This document shows positions 39,913 to 49,989 of a DNA stretch of 64,000 nt, piece by piece (within the stretch, counting starts at the first letter, position 1; every line of letters starts with the position of its first letter). The stretch spans positions 3,648,001 through 3,712,000 of the forward strand of contig OY820905.2 in the NCBI GenBank assembly GCA_963555755.3, given 5' to 3'. The translations under genes were made by a program, and so were the position numbers. The DNA is from Nitrospirales bacterium. Its GTDB lineage: Bacteria > Nitrospirota > Nitrospiria > Nitrospirales > UBA8639. A model generated the notes under the pieces. The model ran no database searches. It was not told the origin of the DNA and saw nothing but the letters and a program-made list of their open reading frames with translations.

Positions 39913-39939
39913 AAATGGAATAGCGAGGATACCGGCACC

Positions 39940-40509
39940 ATGGCCTCGCTGGACATCAGTCTTAATGATATTCCCTCCGATGGTCTTGACTATGCCAGTC
40001 AAGTCACTCGTATGGATTTGGATCTGAGGGAAGGCGACCCTGAGTTTCAAGGGGAACTGGAATTCACAGCCACAATTCATGCCGCAGAGCATGAAGCTTG
40101 GGTGGCGGGGGATCTTCGAGGTGTCCTGCTTCAAGAATGCGTTCGGTGCTTAGGTGTCTTTAAGAATGTCGCGAATATTCCGGTGGCGGCCTACTATCAG
40201 AGCCATGATGCCTCTGCAACAAAAGAGAAACCTAAAGGGCGAAAAGGAAAAGAGATTGAACAACAGGGTGAGGAGACTGACAGCTACCCCATTCTGAATG
40301 ATCGATTCAATGTGGCTGAGATGCTTCGGGAGCTGTTGATTTTGTCCATTCCGATTCAGCCATTGTGTCAGGAGCACTGTCAGGGGCTGTGTCAAGTGTG
40401 TGGTCAGAATCTCAACCAGCGACAATGTGGATGTGACTCCCTGATGCCTGAATCACCGTTTGCGGTTTTGCGGGACAAACTGAAATCTCCCCAAAAATCA
40501 CAACGGTAG
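39940..40509 (+). CDS. yceD: YceD/DUF177 family protein
   Basis: CVRCL and LCQEHCQGLCQVCGQNLN; precedes rpmF. Confidence 0.9.
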   Translation: MASLDISLNDIPSDGLDYASQVTRMDLDLREGDPEFQGELEFTATIHAAEHEAWVAGDLRGVLLQECVRCLGVFKNVANIPVAAYYQSHDASATKEKPKGRKGKEIEQQGEETDSYPILNDRFNVAEMLRELLILSIPIQPLCQEHCQGLCQVCGQNLNQRQCGCDSLMPESPFAVLRDKLKSPQKSQR

Positions 40510-40572
40510 TCGTCGAGGTGATTATAAAGAGTTCAGCGAAAATATAGGTGCACGACCATTTGAGGAAATTTT

Positions 40573-40755
40573 ATGGCGAATCCAAAACACAGACATTCAA
40601 AGGCGAGGCGGGATAAACGACGGACTCATATTAAACTCGTGGCCCCGAGTTTTTCAATTTGTCCTCAGTGTCATGAGCGGATGTTGCCCCATCGCACCTG
40701 CCTTTCTTGTGGTTACTACAAGAAAGTAGCCATCATTGCCGTTGCTGAGGGCTGA
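40573..40755 (+). CDS. rpmF: 50S ribosomal protein L32
   Basis: [30 protein letters not shown]. Confidence 0.95.
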   Translation: MANPKHRHSKARRDKRRTHIKLVAPSFSICPQCHERMLPHRTCLSCGYYKKVAIIAVAEG

Positions 40756-40796
40756 GACCTTCCTTCTTCAACCCTTATAGGGTCATCCCTTACCAT

Positions 40797-41280
40797 TCAT
40801 GGTCACGACTCAGGTCACTTCCCTTTTGTCTCATGATGGCGCTGCTGTGGTGCTCGAATCGGATCATGCAGAATGTAGGGTTCTGGCAGCACAATACGAT
40901 CAGGTGCCAATAAAGTTATGGCACTCCTCGTGGGTTATGTCGCCTCTCCTTTTGAGCGAATTGCGTCGTCTTTTATTGTTAGGTAGCTGCAGCATCTCAT
41001 GCTGCCTCTTCCTGGCGTCATAGCCCCTTGGTCCGTGGGAAGAGGGCACGATACGATCGTGCAACTACACAAGAAAGAACGCTCACAGGAAGCAACGCCA
41101 TGGCCAAGAAACTCCATGGGGCCAGAATTGGATGGCGGTAGGATAGAACCATATATTCTGTATGATCCCTCGAATCCTCATCATTCGCGGACCTCGGGAC
41201 CAGGCTCAATAGGGGTCGGTTCTGCACGCCTCGCGCCTTGTCCTGAGCCAAAATTGAAGCAACCTGAGTCGTGACCATGA
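40797..41280. mobile_element. MITE family H carrying nested element I (40861-41168, 8-bp duplication ctcgaatc)
   Basis: Outer IR tcatggtcacgactcagg/cctgagtcgtgaccatga; inner IR ggatcatgcagaat/attctgtatgatcc. Confidence 0.85.
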
Positions 41281-42299
41281 AAATTGCAATCGATGCGATG
41301 GGCGGGGATCATGGCCTGACTCCCGTCGTCGAAGGTGCGATTCAAGCGATCAAAGAGCTCGACATCGAGTTGGTCTTGGTGGGTCAAGAAGCCCAGATTC
41401 GAACCGAGTTAGATCGCATGAAATGGACTGACTCTCGCCTCACCGTTCAACATGCCTCCCAAACAGTGGATATGCATGAGTCGCCCGCCCAGGTCGCGAG
41501 GAAAAAACGCGATTCGTCCATTTGGGTGGCCACCAAACTGGTCAAAACGGGGCAAGCCGATGCTGTGGTCAGTGCAGGAAACACTGGAGCGACCATGGTC
41601 TCGGCCTTTTTTTTGCTTGGGGTGATCAAGGGAGTTGAGCGACCTGCCATTTGCGCTACGTTACCAACTTTGCAAGGAACAGCCGTCATGTTGGATGTGG
41701 GGGCAACCGTTGATTGCACGGCCCAGCAACTCTATCAGTTTGGAATCATGGGCCATGAATATGGCAAGCATCTGCTCGGGAAATCCACCCCTCGTGTTGG
41801 GCTGTTGAGTATTGGTGAGGAAGATACCAAGGGCAATGATATGACTAAAGGGGCCTTTCGTTTGCTTCGAGATAGCCCGCTGAACTTCATCGGAAATATT
41901 GAAGGTCGTGATGTGTATAGCGGGAATGCCGATGTCATTGTCTGTGATGGATTTCTCGGCAATGTCGCCTTGAAAATTTCTGAAGGCCTGGCTGAGGCCA
42001 TGAAAAAAATGCTCATGCGAGAAATTATGGCCTCTTGGTTGGGCCGGCTTTCGTTTCTCTTTCTCACGGGACCCCTCATGCGTTTTAAGCGCCGAACCGA
42101 TTACGCGGAATTCGGTGGTGCACCGTTGTTGGGCGTCAACGGCATTAGTATGATTTGCCATGGACGATCTTCGGCTAAGGCGATCAAAAATGCGATTGTT
42201 CGCGCAGAAGCCTTAGCCAAAGGCCGACTCATTGAACTCATTCAGCAGGATATTGCGGAGAATTTGACTGGTTCCGGTCCCAAGATGGCTGCCGAATGA
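41277..42299 (+). CDS. plsX: Phosphate acyltransferase
   Basis: MKIAIDAMGGD, SAGNTGA, GVERPAI, CHGRS. Confidence 0.96.
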   Translation: MKIAIDAMGGDHGLTPVVEGAIQAIKELDIELVLVGQEAQIRTELDRMKWTDSRLTVQHASQTVDMHESPAQVARKKRDSSIWVATKLVKTGQADAVVSAGNTGATMVSAFFLLGVIKGVERPAICATLPTLQGTAVMLDVGATVDCTAQQLYQFGIMGHEYGKHLLGKSTPRVGLLSIGEEDTKGNDMTKGAFRLLRDSPLNFIGNIEGRDVYSGNADVIVCDGFLGNVALKISEGLAEAMKKMLMREIMASWLGRLSFLFLTGPLMRFKRRTDYAEFGGAPLLGVNGISMICHGRSSAKAIKNAIVRAEALAKGRLIELIQQDIAENLTGSGPKMAAE

Positions 42300-43273
42300 G
42301 AAGCCACATTCTTGGGACAGGTTCCTATGTTCCGAAACAGGTGCTGACGAATGTTGACCTTGAACAACTGGTGGATACGTCAGATGCGTGGATTGTCGAG
42401 CGAACCGGAATCCGGGAGCGCCGAAGAGCTGCTCCAGGAGAAGCCTGCTCTGATTTGGGAGTCCAAGCCGCTCAGCAAGCGTTAAGTGCTGCACACATTC
42501 AGGCTGCCGACCTTGATCTCATCATCGTTGCCACGTGTACAGGGGATTCTCCCCTTCCCTCCACTGCATCCCTTATTCAATATCGACTTGGTGCGGCACG
42601 TGCCGCGGCTTTCGATATTTCTGCGGCCTGTTGCGGGTTTGTCTATGCCTTGTCGGTGGCCGATGCCTTCGTGCGATCCGGGCAATATCGTTATGTCTTG
42701 GTCATCGGCGCTGAAGTGATGACTTCTATTACCGACTGGACAGACCGAAACACCTGTGTGATTTTTGGCGATGGGGCGGGCGCAGCAGTGGTGGGGCCGA
42801 CTGAGGAAGACCGGGGGCTGTTATCGATCCACTTGCATGCCGATGGCCGGCTCTCTGATCTCATTTGCGTTCCGGGAGGAGGTTCGTCCGTTCCGGCTTC
42901 GGAATCCATGCTGGCCGAGCGATTGCAATTTGTCAAAATGCGTGGAAATGAAACCTTTAAAATCGCCGTTAAAACCATGGAGGCGGCGGTTCGTGAGGCC
43001 ATGGCTGCCCAGGATTTGACCGTGGCCGATATTGATTTTCTGGTTCCCCATCAGGCGAATATTCGTATCCTCAAAGCCGTTGGTGAACGGCTGGGCTTGT
43101 CGATGGACCAGGTCATTATTAATTTGGATCGTGTTGGCAATACCTCTGCAGCCTCAATTCCCCTTGCGTTAGATGAAGCGGTCAGGGCTGGACAAATTCA
43201 ACCGGGAAGTTTAATAGTTCTTGCGGCCTTCGGGGCAGGGCTCACATGGGCCTCCGGAGTCATTCGTTGGTAA
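42296..43273 (+). CDS. fabH: 3-oxoacyl-ACP synthase III
   Basis: AACCGF, FGDGAGA, PHQANIRI, GNTSAAS. Confidence 0.96.
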   Translation: MRSHILGTGSYVPKQVLTNVDLEQLVDTSDAWIVERTGIRERRRAAPGEACSDLGVQAAQQALSAAHIQAADLDLIIVATCTGDSPLPSTASLIQYRLGAARAAAFDISAACCGFVYALSVADAFVRSGQYRYVLVIGAEVMTSITDWTDRNTCVIFGDGAGAAVVGPTEEDRGLLSIHLHADGRLSDLICVPGGGSSVPASESMLAERLQFVKMRGNETFKIAVKTMEAAVREAMAAQDLTVADIDFLVPHQANIRILKAVGERLGLSMDQVIINLDRVGNTSAASIPLALDEAVRAGQIQPGSLIVLAAFGAGLTWASGVIRW

Positions 43274-43415
43274 AGGCCTGAATCAAAAATATCAATAATC
43301 GGTGACCTGCGATAGAAAAAAATTGTGAAGCAACCTGAGTGACTAGTGGGCATGTTGAATATTTCAAGCCCATGGCCTCGAGATGTTAAAAATACGGTAA
43401 ACAGTGTCAGTTGGA

Positions 43416-43561
43416 GGGAATGTTCAAAAAAGCATGCCCTGAGTCTTTCCGAAGGGTCCGTCTAGCAAGGCCGCAGCCATTTTGACGCGCGGAGCGTACT
43501 CATAGTACGTGAGCACGGCAAAATGGCGAGAACGCCGCTGGCGGCTTTTTTCAACATTCCC
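43416..43561. mobile_element. MITE family E
   Basis: Near-identical to 2823-2968, including a related upstream arm beginning gttgaatattt. Confidence 0.85.
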
Positions 43562-43579
43562 TAGGGAGAAAGGGAAACG

Positions 43580-44389
43580 ATGGCAAATGATCGACCACTA
43601 GAAGGTGAATGGGCCCTAATCTTGGGAGTCTCGAGCGGATTTGGCGAGGCCGTGGCCTTAGAATTAACGGCCCTGGGAATGAATATTTTTGGCGTGCATT
43701 TAGATAGAAAATCCACGCTTCCGAATTCGGAACGGATTGCCCGAGACATTAAAGCACTTGGGCGTGAAGCCGTTTTTTGGAATGTGAATGCTGCCGATGC
43801 GGAAAAACGAAAAGAGGTGATTGAAGGAATACAGGCAAAGTTAAAAGAGGGAAAGGTCAAGACCATCCGTGTTCTCCTTCATTCCCTAGCGTTTGGTACC
43901 CTGAAGCCATTTATTACCAAATCAATTGCCGACATGGTGAACAAAGCTCAGGTAGACATGACGCTGGATGTCATGGCGAATAGTTTGGTGTATTGGACGC
44001 AAGATCTCGTCGCAGCCGACCTTCTAGGCCAGGGTGGTCGAATTTTTGCCATGACGAGTGCGGGAGGAGCCCGTGTCTGGAGGACCTATGGAGCGGTATC
44101 TGCAGCCAAAGCGGCGTTAGAATCCCATATTCGGCAACTGACACTTGAACTGGCTCCTCTAGGTATTACAGCCAATGCGATTATGGCTGGAGTCACCGAT
44201 ACCCCGGCATTGCGGAAAATTCCAGGTTCCGATCAAATGTTGACTTGGGCAAAGCGAAAAAATCCCTCTGGACGATTGACTTTGCCAAAGGATGTTGCCG
44301 AAGCCATTGGACTACTCAGCCATCCAAAAGCCCAGTGGATTACCGGCAATGTGTTGTGTGTGGATGGTGGAGAATTTATCGTCGATTAA
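43580..44389 (+). CDS. SDR-type enoyl-ACP reductase (FabL-like)
   Basis: GVSSGFG; Y-x6-K motif YGAVSAAKAALE; located inside the fab cluster. Confidence 0.75.
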   Translation: MANDRPLEGEWALILGVSSGFGEAVALELTALGMNIFGVHLDRKSTLPNSERIARDIKALGREAVFWNVNAADAEKRKEVIEGIQAKLKEGKVKTIRVLLHSLAFGTLKPFITKSIADMVNKAQVDMTLDVMANSLVYWTQDLVAADLLGQGGRIFAMTSAGGARVWRTYGAVSAAKAALESHIRQLTLELAPLGITANAIMAGVTDTPALRKIPGSDQMLTWAKRKNPSGRLTLPKDVAEAIGLLSHPKAQWITGNVLCVDGGEFIVD

Positions 44390-44510
44390 CAGGTGCTCAC
44401 AAAGCTTGCCAGCGGCGTTCTCGGCCTGTTGCCGTGCTCACGTACAAGAGTACGCTCCGCGCGTCAACAGGCCTGCGGCCTTGCTGGACAAGCATTGTGA
44501 GCACCTGTTA
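44387..44510. mobile_element. MITE with the E-type core but different termini (E')
   Basis: taacaggtgctcacaa/ttgtgagcacctgtta inverted repeat overlapping the upstream TAA stop. Confidence 0.8.
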
Positions 44511-44585
44511 GCAAAGAGGACGATTTTCTGGTTATGAAAATTTTCCCGTTGACATTGGCGACAATTTCACTCATATCTAAACCCC

Positions 44586-45527
44586 ATGTCTGAGAAGATT
44601 GGTTTCCTATTTCCTGGTCAGGGGTCACAATCCCTTGGGATGGGACAAGCACTGGTAGAGAGTCGTCCAGATCTTCGGAAGTTGTATGAGGATGCGAGTA
44701 CGATTCTGGGATATGACTTAGCGGCCCTGTGTTTTGAAGGGCCGGCCGAGCAACTGAATAAAACGGAATTCACGCAACCCGCATTGCTGGTGACCAGTGT
44801 CGTGGCTTTGCGAGCATTGGGGTCTGGACTCGAGCCTGTTGCCGTGGCTGGACATAGTTTGGGGGAGTATTCCGCAATTGTCGCGGCGGGGGGACTTGGG
44901 TTTCAGGAAGCGGTCCAGCTGGTTCAAAAACGAGCAAAATTTATGGCGGAAGCGGTTCCTCCAGGTAGCGGACTCGTTGCTGCGGTTCTAGGATTAGCCC
45001 CAGAAGTGGTCCAAGAGGCTTGTCAGGAAGCGCAATCTGAAGGTGTCGTTTCGGCGGCAAACTTTAATGCCCCTGGGCAGGTTGTCATAGCGGGAGAGAA
45101 AGGTGCGGTAGAGCGGGCGATCGAATTAGTGAAGGCCAAAGGGTGTCGGCGGGTCATGCCCTTACCCGTGAGTGTGCCGGTCCATACCGCTCTGATGAAA
45201 CCAGCCGCCGATCGTTTGCTTCCTTTTGTTGAGACGGCGTCTCTATCTGACTTACACGTACCGTTGATCAACAATGCCGATGCGAAGCCTTTAACCACGG
45301 TGGCTGAAATTCGAGAATCCCTGATTCGCCAATTACCTTCGTCCGTTCTCTGGGAACAATCGATTCGGATCATGGGTAAGATGGGCGTCACGACTTTCGT
45401 GGAGATTGGCCCTGGAACTGTATTAACCGGTTTGGTTAAACGTATTTTGCCTGAGGCTACATTGTGCCATGTCCACAATCCAGAATCGCTTGAGGCTACG
45501 TTGTCGACACTTGGAAAAGCCGCGTAG
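44586..45527 (+). CDS. fabD: Malonyl-CoA:ACP transacylase
   Basis: FPGQGSQ, TQPAL, GHSLGEY. Confidence 0.96.
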   Translation: MSEKIGFLFPGQGSQSLGMGQALVESRPDLRKLYEDASTILGYDLAALCFEGPAEQLNKTEFTQPALLVTSVVALRALGSGLEPVAVAGHSLGEYSAIVAAGGLGFQEAVQLVQKRAKFMAEAVPPGSGLVAAVLGLAPEVVQEACQEAQSEGVVSAANFNAPGQVVIAGEKGAVERAIELVKAKGCRRVMPLPVSVPVHTALMKPAADRLLPFVETASLSDLHVPLINNADAKPLTTVAEIRESLIRQLPSSVLWEQSIRIMGKMGVTTFVEIGPGTVLTGLVKRILPEATLCHVHNPESLEATLSTLGKAA

Positions 45528-45551
45528 GATCATTTATTGATGTGAACAACT

Positions 45552-46295
45552 ATGGTGCTTGAAGGAAAAAAAGCGGTGGTGACTGGAGCGGCCCAAGGTA
45601 TAGGGCAAGCAATTGCCGAATCTTTAGCCCAAGCAGGAGCTGATGTGGTGGTGGCAGATCTTGATGTCACACGTTGTCAGGATACTGTCGATCGGGTCAA
45701 GAAGCATAAACGGAAAGCCTTGGCGGTCTCGACTAATGTCGCGCAATGGGATGAGGTGAAGGCCATGGTTGATCAAGTGGTCAAGGATTGGGGCCGTATT
45801 GATATTTTCGTCAACAATGCCGGCATCACTCGTGATGGGCTCGTGGTCCGCATGAAAGAAGAGGATTGGAATGCCGTCATTCAAGTCAATTTGACTGGGA
45901 CGTTTTATTGCACCAAGGCGACCTTAGGGCCAATGTCCAAGCAGCGGTATGGCCGGATTATTAATATGGCTTCCGTCGTCGGAGTCATGGGGAATGCGGG
46001 ACAGGCCAATTACGCTGCGTCGAAAGCCGCGGTGATTGGGTTGACCAAGACGATTGCCCGTGAGTATGCGAGTCGGAATATTACGGTGAATGCGGTGGCT
46101 CCTGGATTTATCAACACGGCGATGACTCAAGGGTTGGGTGAGGATGTGAGAGAGATGCTTTCGAAACAAATTCCGCTTGGACGCTTGGGCGAGCCAGGTG
46201 ATATTGCGGAAGCCGTGCGATTTCTGGCATCAGATGCAGCCAGTTACATCACGGGCCAGGTGTTGCATGTGAATGGTGGGATGCATATGGCGTGA
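45552..46295 (+). CDS. fabG: 3-oxoacyl-ACP reductase
   Basis: TGAAQGIG, NNAGITRD, GQANYAASK. Confidence 0.96.
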   Translation: MVLEGKKAVVTGAAQGIGQAIAESLAQAGADVVVADLDVTRCQDTVDRVKKHKRKALAVSTNVAQWDEVKAMVDQVVKDWGRIDIFVNNAGITRDGLVVRMKEEDWNAVIQVNLTGTFYCTKATLGPMSKQRYGRIINMASVVGVMGNAGQANYAASKAAVIGLTKTIAREYASRNITVNAVAPGFINTAMTQGLGEDVREMLSKQIPLGRLGEPGDIAEAVRFLASDAASYITGQVLHVNGGMHMA

Positions 46296-46297
46296 GC

Positions 46298-46379
46298 CGT
46301 AATGCGTGATGTGTGATGCGAAAAACATCAAGACGCGTTCACGCTTTACGCGTTACGGCTCATGCATCACGGATTACGG
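46298..46379. repeat. Heptamer-repeat hairpin (cgtga/ttacg type)
   Basis: ccgtaatgcgtgatg/catcacggattacgg; related to 8301-8402 and 49920-49989. Confidence 0.6.
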
Positions 46380-46407
46380 ATCTACAAAATAGGAGGTGGT
46401 AACTTCG

Positions 46408-46638
46408 ATGGCCGTTGAAGAGAAGATTAAAAAAATCATTGCAGAGCAGTTGGGCGTGGAAGAGGATGAAGTCGTGCCTGAAGCCTCATTCGTCGAGGAT
46501 CTGGGCGCGGATTCCTTAGACACGGTAGAGCTCGTCATGGCGCTTGAGGAAGAATTTGATGTCGAAATTCCGGATGAAGATGCGGAAAAGCTTCAAAAAG
46601 TCTCTCAAGCCGTTGAATATATCAAAGAAAAAACCTGA
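46408..46638 (+). CDS. acpP: Acyl carrier protein
   Basis: [20 protein letters not shown]. Confidence 0.97.
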   Translation: MAVEEKIKKIIAEQLGVEEDEVVPEASFVEDLGADSLDTVELVMALEEEFDVEIPDEDAEKLQKVSQAVEYIKEKT

Positions 46639-46655
46639 TCTCGCGGGGTTGAGTG

Positions 46656-47933
46656 ATGGTTGAGTCAAACCGACGCCGAGTGGTGATCACGGGTTTGGGC
46701 GTGGTGACGCCATTAGGGATTGGTGTGGAAAAAACCTGGCAAGCCTTAATTGCCGGGGAATCCGGGATCGCGACGATTACACGGTTTGATGCCTCCGAGT
46801 ATGTCTGCCAAATTGCTGGTGAAGTGAAAGACTTTAATCCTGGCGACTACATCGACAAAAAAGAAATCAAAAAAATGGATAGGTTCATCCACTTTGCTGT
46901 GGCGGCCAGCCAGGAGGCTGTGGATGATGCCGGATTAAAAATTACTCCTGACAATGCGGATCGTGTGGGCGTGTACATCGGTGCCGGAATGGGTGGACTC
47001 CCGGCCATCGAGCATTATCACGATGTGCTGAAGGAAAAGGGGCCTGGCCGAGTATCACCATTTTTTATCCCGATGGTCATCATCAATCTGGCTTCGGGGC
47101 AAGTCGCTATTCGGTTTGGCGCACGAGGACCAAATTCTTGCGCGGTGACGGCATGTGCAACGGGCAATCATTGTCTTGGCGATGCCCTTCGGATTATTCA
47201 ACGCGGCGAGGCGGATGTCATGTTGGCCGGGGGAGCGGAATCCGTAATCAGTCCGTTAGCAGTGGCTGGGTTTGCTGCAGCCAAGGCGTTGTCACGTCGA
47301 AACGATAATCCCGAAGGTGCGAGTCGGCCGTTCGATCGAGATCGCGACGGGTTTGTCATTGGTGAGGGAGCGGGTGTCGTGGTATTAGAAGAGCTGGAAC
47401 ATGCTCAGCGGCGGGGGGTTCGGATTTATGGTGAATTGGCCGGATATGCCATGACCAGTGATGCATTTCATATCACGGCTCCGCCGGATGAGGGGGCGGG
47501 TGCGGTCATGTGCATGGAAAAGGCCATTCACGATGCCGGGGTAGACAAGTCGGACATCGGGTATGTTAATGCCCATGCGACATCCACCTTTGCGGATAAA
47601 ATTGAAACCACGGTGATTAAAACAGTATTTGGTCAGCAAGCCTATCAGCTTCCTGTTAGTTCCACGAAGTCGATGACGGGGCATCTTCTGGGTGCGGCTG
47701 GAGGGATTGAATCGGTCTTTACGACATTGGCCTTGTACCATGGATTGCTTCCGCCGACCATTAATTTGGAAAATGCGGATCCTGATTGTGATTTGGATTA
47801 TGTTGTTGGACGGGCTCGTTCTACGCCAATCAATGTTGCGATCTCCAACGCCTTCGGTTTTGGAGGTGTCAATGCCTGCCTGGTGATGAAAAAACTTCAA
47901 ACCAGCCATCCCAATTATAGTGATTCCAAATAA
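46656..47933 (+). CDS. fabF: 3-oxoacyl-ACP synthase II
   Basis: RRVVITGLG, TACATG, NAHATST, KSMTGH, FGFGG. Confidence 0.96.
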   Translation: MVESNRRRVVITGLGVVTPLGIGVEKTWQALIAGESGIATITRFDASEYVCQIAGEVKDFNPGDYIDKKEIKKMDRFIHFAVAASQEAVDDAGLKITPDNADRVGVYIGAGMGGLPAIEHYHDVLKEKGPGRVSPFFIPMVIINLASGQVAIRFGARGPNSCAVTACATGNHCLGDALRIIQRGEADVMLAGGAESVISPLAVAGFAAAKALSRRNDNPEGASRPFDRDRDGFVIGEGAGVVVLEELEHAQRRGVRIYGELAGYAMTSDAFHITAPPDEGAGAVMCMEKAIHDAGVDKSDIGYVNAHATSTFADKIETTVIKTVFGQQAYQLPVSSTKSMTGHLLGAAGGIESVFTTLALYHGLLPPTINLENADPDCDLDYVVGRARSTPINVAISNAFGFGGVNACLVMKKLQTSHPNYSDSK

Positions 47934-47944
47934 GTTCCATGCAC

Positions 47945-48092
47945 TAAACTCGAAATCAGAATATCGAAATCCGAAACAAACCATAAATCCTAAATTCGAA
48001 ATCTTCCATTTGGTTATTTTAATGTGTTTCGCATTTGGAAATTCGAGATTCGGATTTTCGCCATCAGCAGAGAGAACGGAAGTTAATTGAAA
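47945..48092. repeat. Heptamer-repeat hairpin with conserved flank (inverted relative of 2591-2732)
   Basis: cgaaatc repeats followed by cgccatcagcagagagaacggaagttaattga. Confidence 0.7.
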
Positions 48093-48188
48093 TAACTATA
48101 GTTTCAACGCCAATATGTGCCTGATGTTTCCCGCTCCGTTTCATACTTGCCTGGATCATCATTATTAACTTTTAGGTTTTTCCCAATT

Positions 48189-48920
48189 ATGTCCGTCCTT
48201 GAAGAAGCTCAAAAGACCATTCAGTATGTATTTACCCACCCGACGTTATTGGAAGAAGCCCTGACCCACAAATCCCATCTTCAGGGAAAGCAAGGCGAGT
48301 CCCTGAAGGATAACGAACGGCTCGAATTTTTGGGGGATGCGGTTCTGGGCTTGATCATCAGTGAATATTTGGCCAGAACCTATCCAGATGTGACCGAAGG
48401 CGATCTTTCGCAGACGCGGGCACAGTTGGTCTGTCAATCGTCACTGGCGCAAGCTTCGCGTCGGCTGGAACTTGGGTTTTTGTTGCGTTTGGGAAGAGGT
48501 GAGGAACTGACGCGTGGGAGGGAAAAAAGCTCACTCCTGGCTAACACCCTCGAGGCAGTCATTGCGGCCATCTTTTTGGATGGAGGGCTGGCCCCTGCTC
48601 GGGTCTTTGTCCTGAAGGCGTTGGAGGACAACCTAATGGCCTTAGATCAATCAAACCTCTTGGCCAACCGGCAGGATTATAAGAGTCAGCTTCAAGAATG
48701 GTGTCAGCAACAACGTTCCACTATTCCGGAATATCATCTAGTGAGTGAGTCGGGTCCTGATCATGAAAAAGTCTTTGAAGTTGAAGTGAGTATTCAGGGT
48801 GCGATACAAGGGCGAGGCGTTGGGTGTAATAAGAAATCGGCCGAGCAAGAGGCTGCAAAACATGCCTATTCACGGGTTGGCGATGATGATTCTGAAGAGA
48901 TGGCCTCTCCCATGGTATAA
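48189..48920 (+). CDS. rnc: Ribonuclease III
   Basis: NERLEFLGDAVLG; dsRBD DYKSQLQE...GPDH...KKSAEQEAA. Confidence 0.96.
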   Translation: MSVLEEAQKTIQYVFTHPTLLEEALTHKSHLQGKQGESLKDNERLEFLGDAVLGLIISEYLARTYPDVTEGDLSQTRAQLVCQSSLAQASRRLELGFLLRLGRGEELTRGREKSSLLANTLEAVIAAIFLDGGLAPARVFVLKALEDNLMALDQSNLLANRQDYKSQLQEWCQQQRSTIPEYHLVSESGPDHEKVFEVEVSIQGAIQGRGVGCNKKSAEQEAAKHAYSRVGDDDSEEMASPMV

Positions 48921-48925
48921 TACAA

Positions 48926-49237
48926 CTTAGAAATTGCAGTTGGATTACAAAAGTCCGCGTGCACCTGGCAAAATAAAAAACTGTCTTATCACCACTAAGG
49001 GTTCGCGCAACAATAACTTCCCCTGTTTGGGTGCTGAGACACCTGTCTGGCAAGGCGCGAGGACTGCGCATACTCCTCGTATGGAAAGGACGAGCAACGC
49101 CGTCAGACGGGATGGATCGACGCCCAAACAGGGGAAGTTATTGTTGCGCGAGCCCTTAGGTGACCACGACTTTTTGTATTTCCTCATGCACACCAATATC
49201 TTATACGTCTGTTTTGCGCCCAACTACCGTTTCTAGG
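48926..49237. mobile_element. MITE family B containing nested family A (48999-49155)
   Basis: B arms as at 19083; A sits at the central caccac|ggtgac site. Confidence 0.88.
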
Positions 49238-49304
49238 TTAAAAAATTTGAAAGGTGATCAGAAAATCAAAAGGTGGACACAGGTAAACAGGTAAGGAGGT
49301 TTCA

Positions 49305-49907
49305 ATGAGGAAGTACCGATTTGTGATTCTATCGATGCTGGTATTAAGCGTTTTCATTTATAGTGGAAATGGCCAAGTATGGGCGAAGGATCCCCAGATC
49401 GTTCTCGCAGCGGATGGGGCGGGGAAGGCTCCCCGTGCAGTGTTGAAAACCAAGTTTGGAGAGATGGAAATCGTGTTCTTTCCCGAGTTGGCCCCGAAAC
49501 ATGTGGAAAGTTTTTTGACGTTGGCGAAAAAGGGATATTTTAATGGCACAATTTTTCATCGGGTGATTCCGGGTTTTATGATTCAAGGCGGTGATCCGAA
49601 TACCAAAGATCCCACAAAAAAGAATGCCTATGGAACGGGAGGCCCCGGATATACCGTGCCCGCGGAATTCAATAAAATTCCACATGAAAAGGGAATTTTG
49701 TCTGCGGCCCGAACGGCTGATCCCAATAGCGCGGGCTCACAATTTTTCATCATGGTGGCCAGATCCAAGAGTTTAGATGGGCAGTACACGGTTTTTGGAG
49801 AGGTGGTCAAAGGGATCGAAGTCGCGGATAAGATCGTCGGTCAGCCTCGGGATCGACGGGATATGCCGTTGGAGCGGATTGAAATGACCATTGAGGTGAT
49901 GGAGTAG
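49305..49907 (+). CDS. Exported cyclophilin-type peptidyl-prolyl isomerase
   Basis: Signal peptide; FHRVIPGFMIQGGD, SAGSQFFI, YTVFGEV. Confidence 0.93.
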   Translation: MRKYRFVILSMLVLSVFIYSGNGQVWAKDPQIVLAADGAGKAPRAVLKTKFGEMEIVFFPELAPKHVESFLTLAKKGYFNGTIFHRVIPGFMIQGGDPNTKDPTKKNAYGTGGPGYTVPAEFNKIPHEKGILSAARTADPNSAGSQFFIMVARSKSLDGQYTVFGEVVKGIEVADKIVGQPRDRRDMPLERIEMTIEVME

Positions 49908-49919
49908 AAAGAGAAAAAA

Positions 49920-49989
49920 CGTAATCCGTGAAGCGTAATGCGTGATCCGTAGGAGGGAGTTTTTACGCATTACGCTTTACGTATCACGG
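49920..49989. repeat. Heptamer-repeat hairpin between convergent genes
   Basis: cgtaatccgtgaagcgtaatgcgtga/ttacgcattacgctttacg. Confidence 0.6.
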
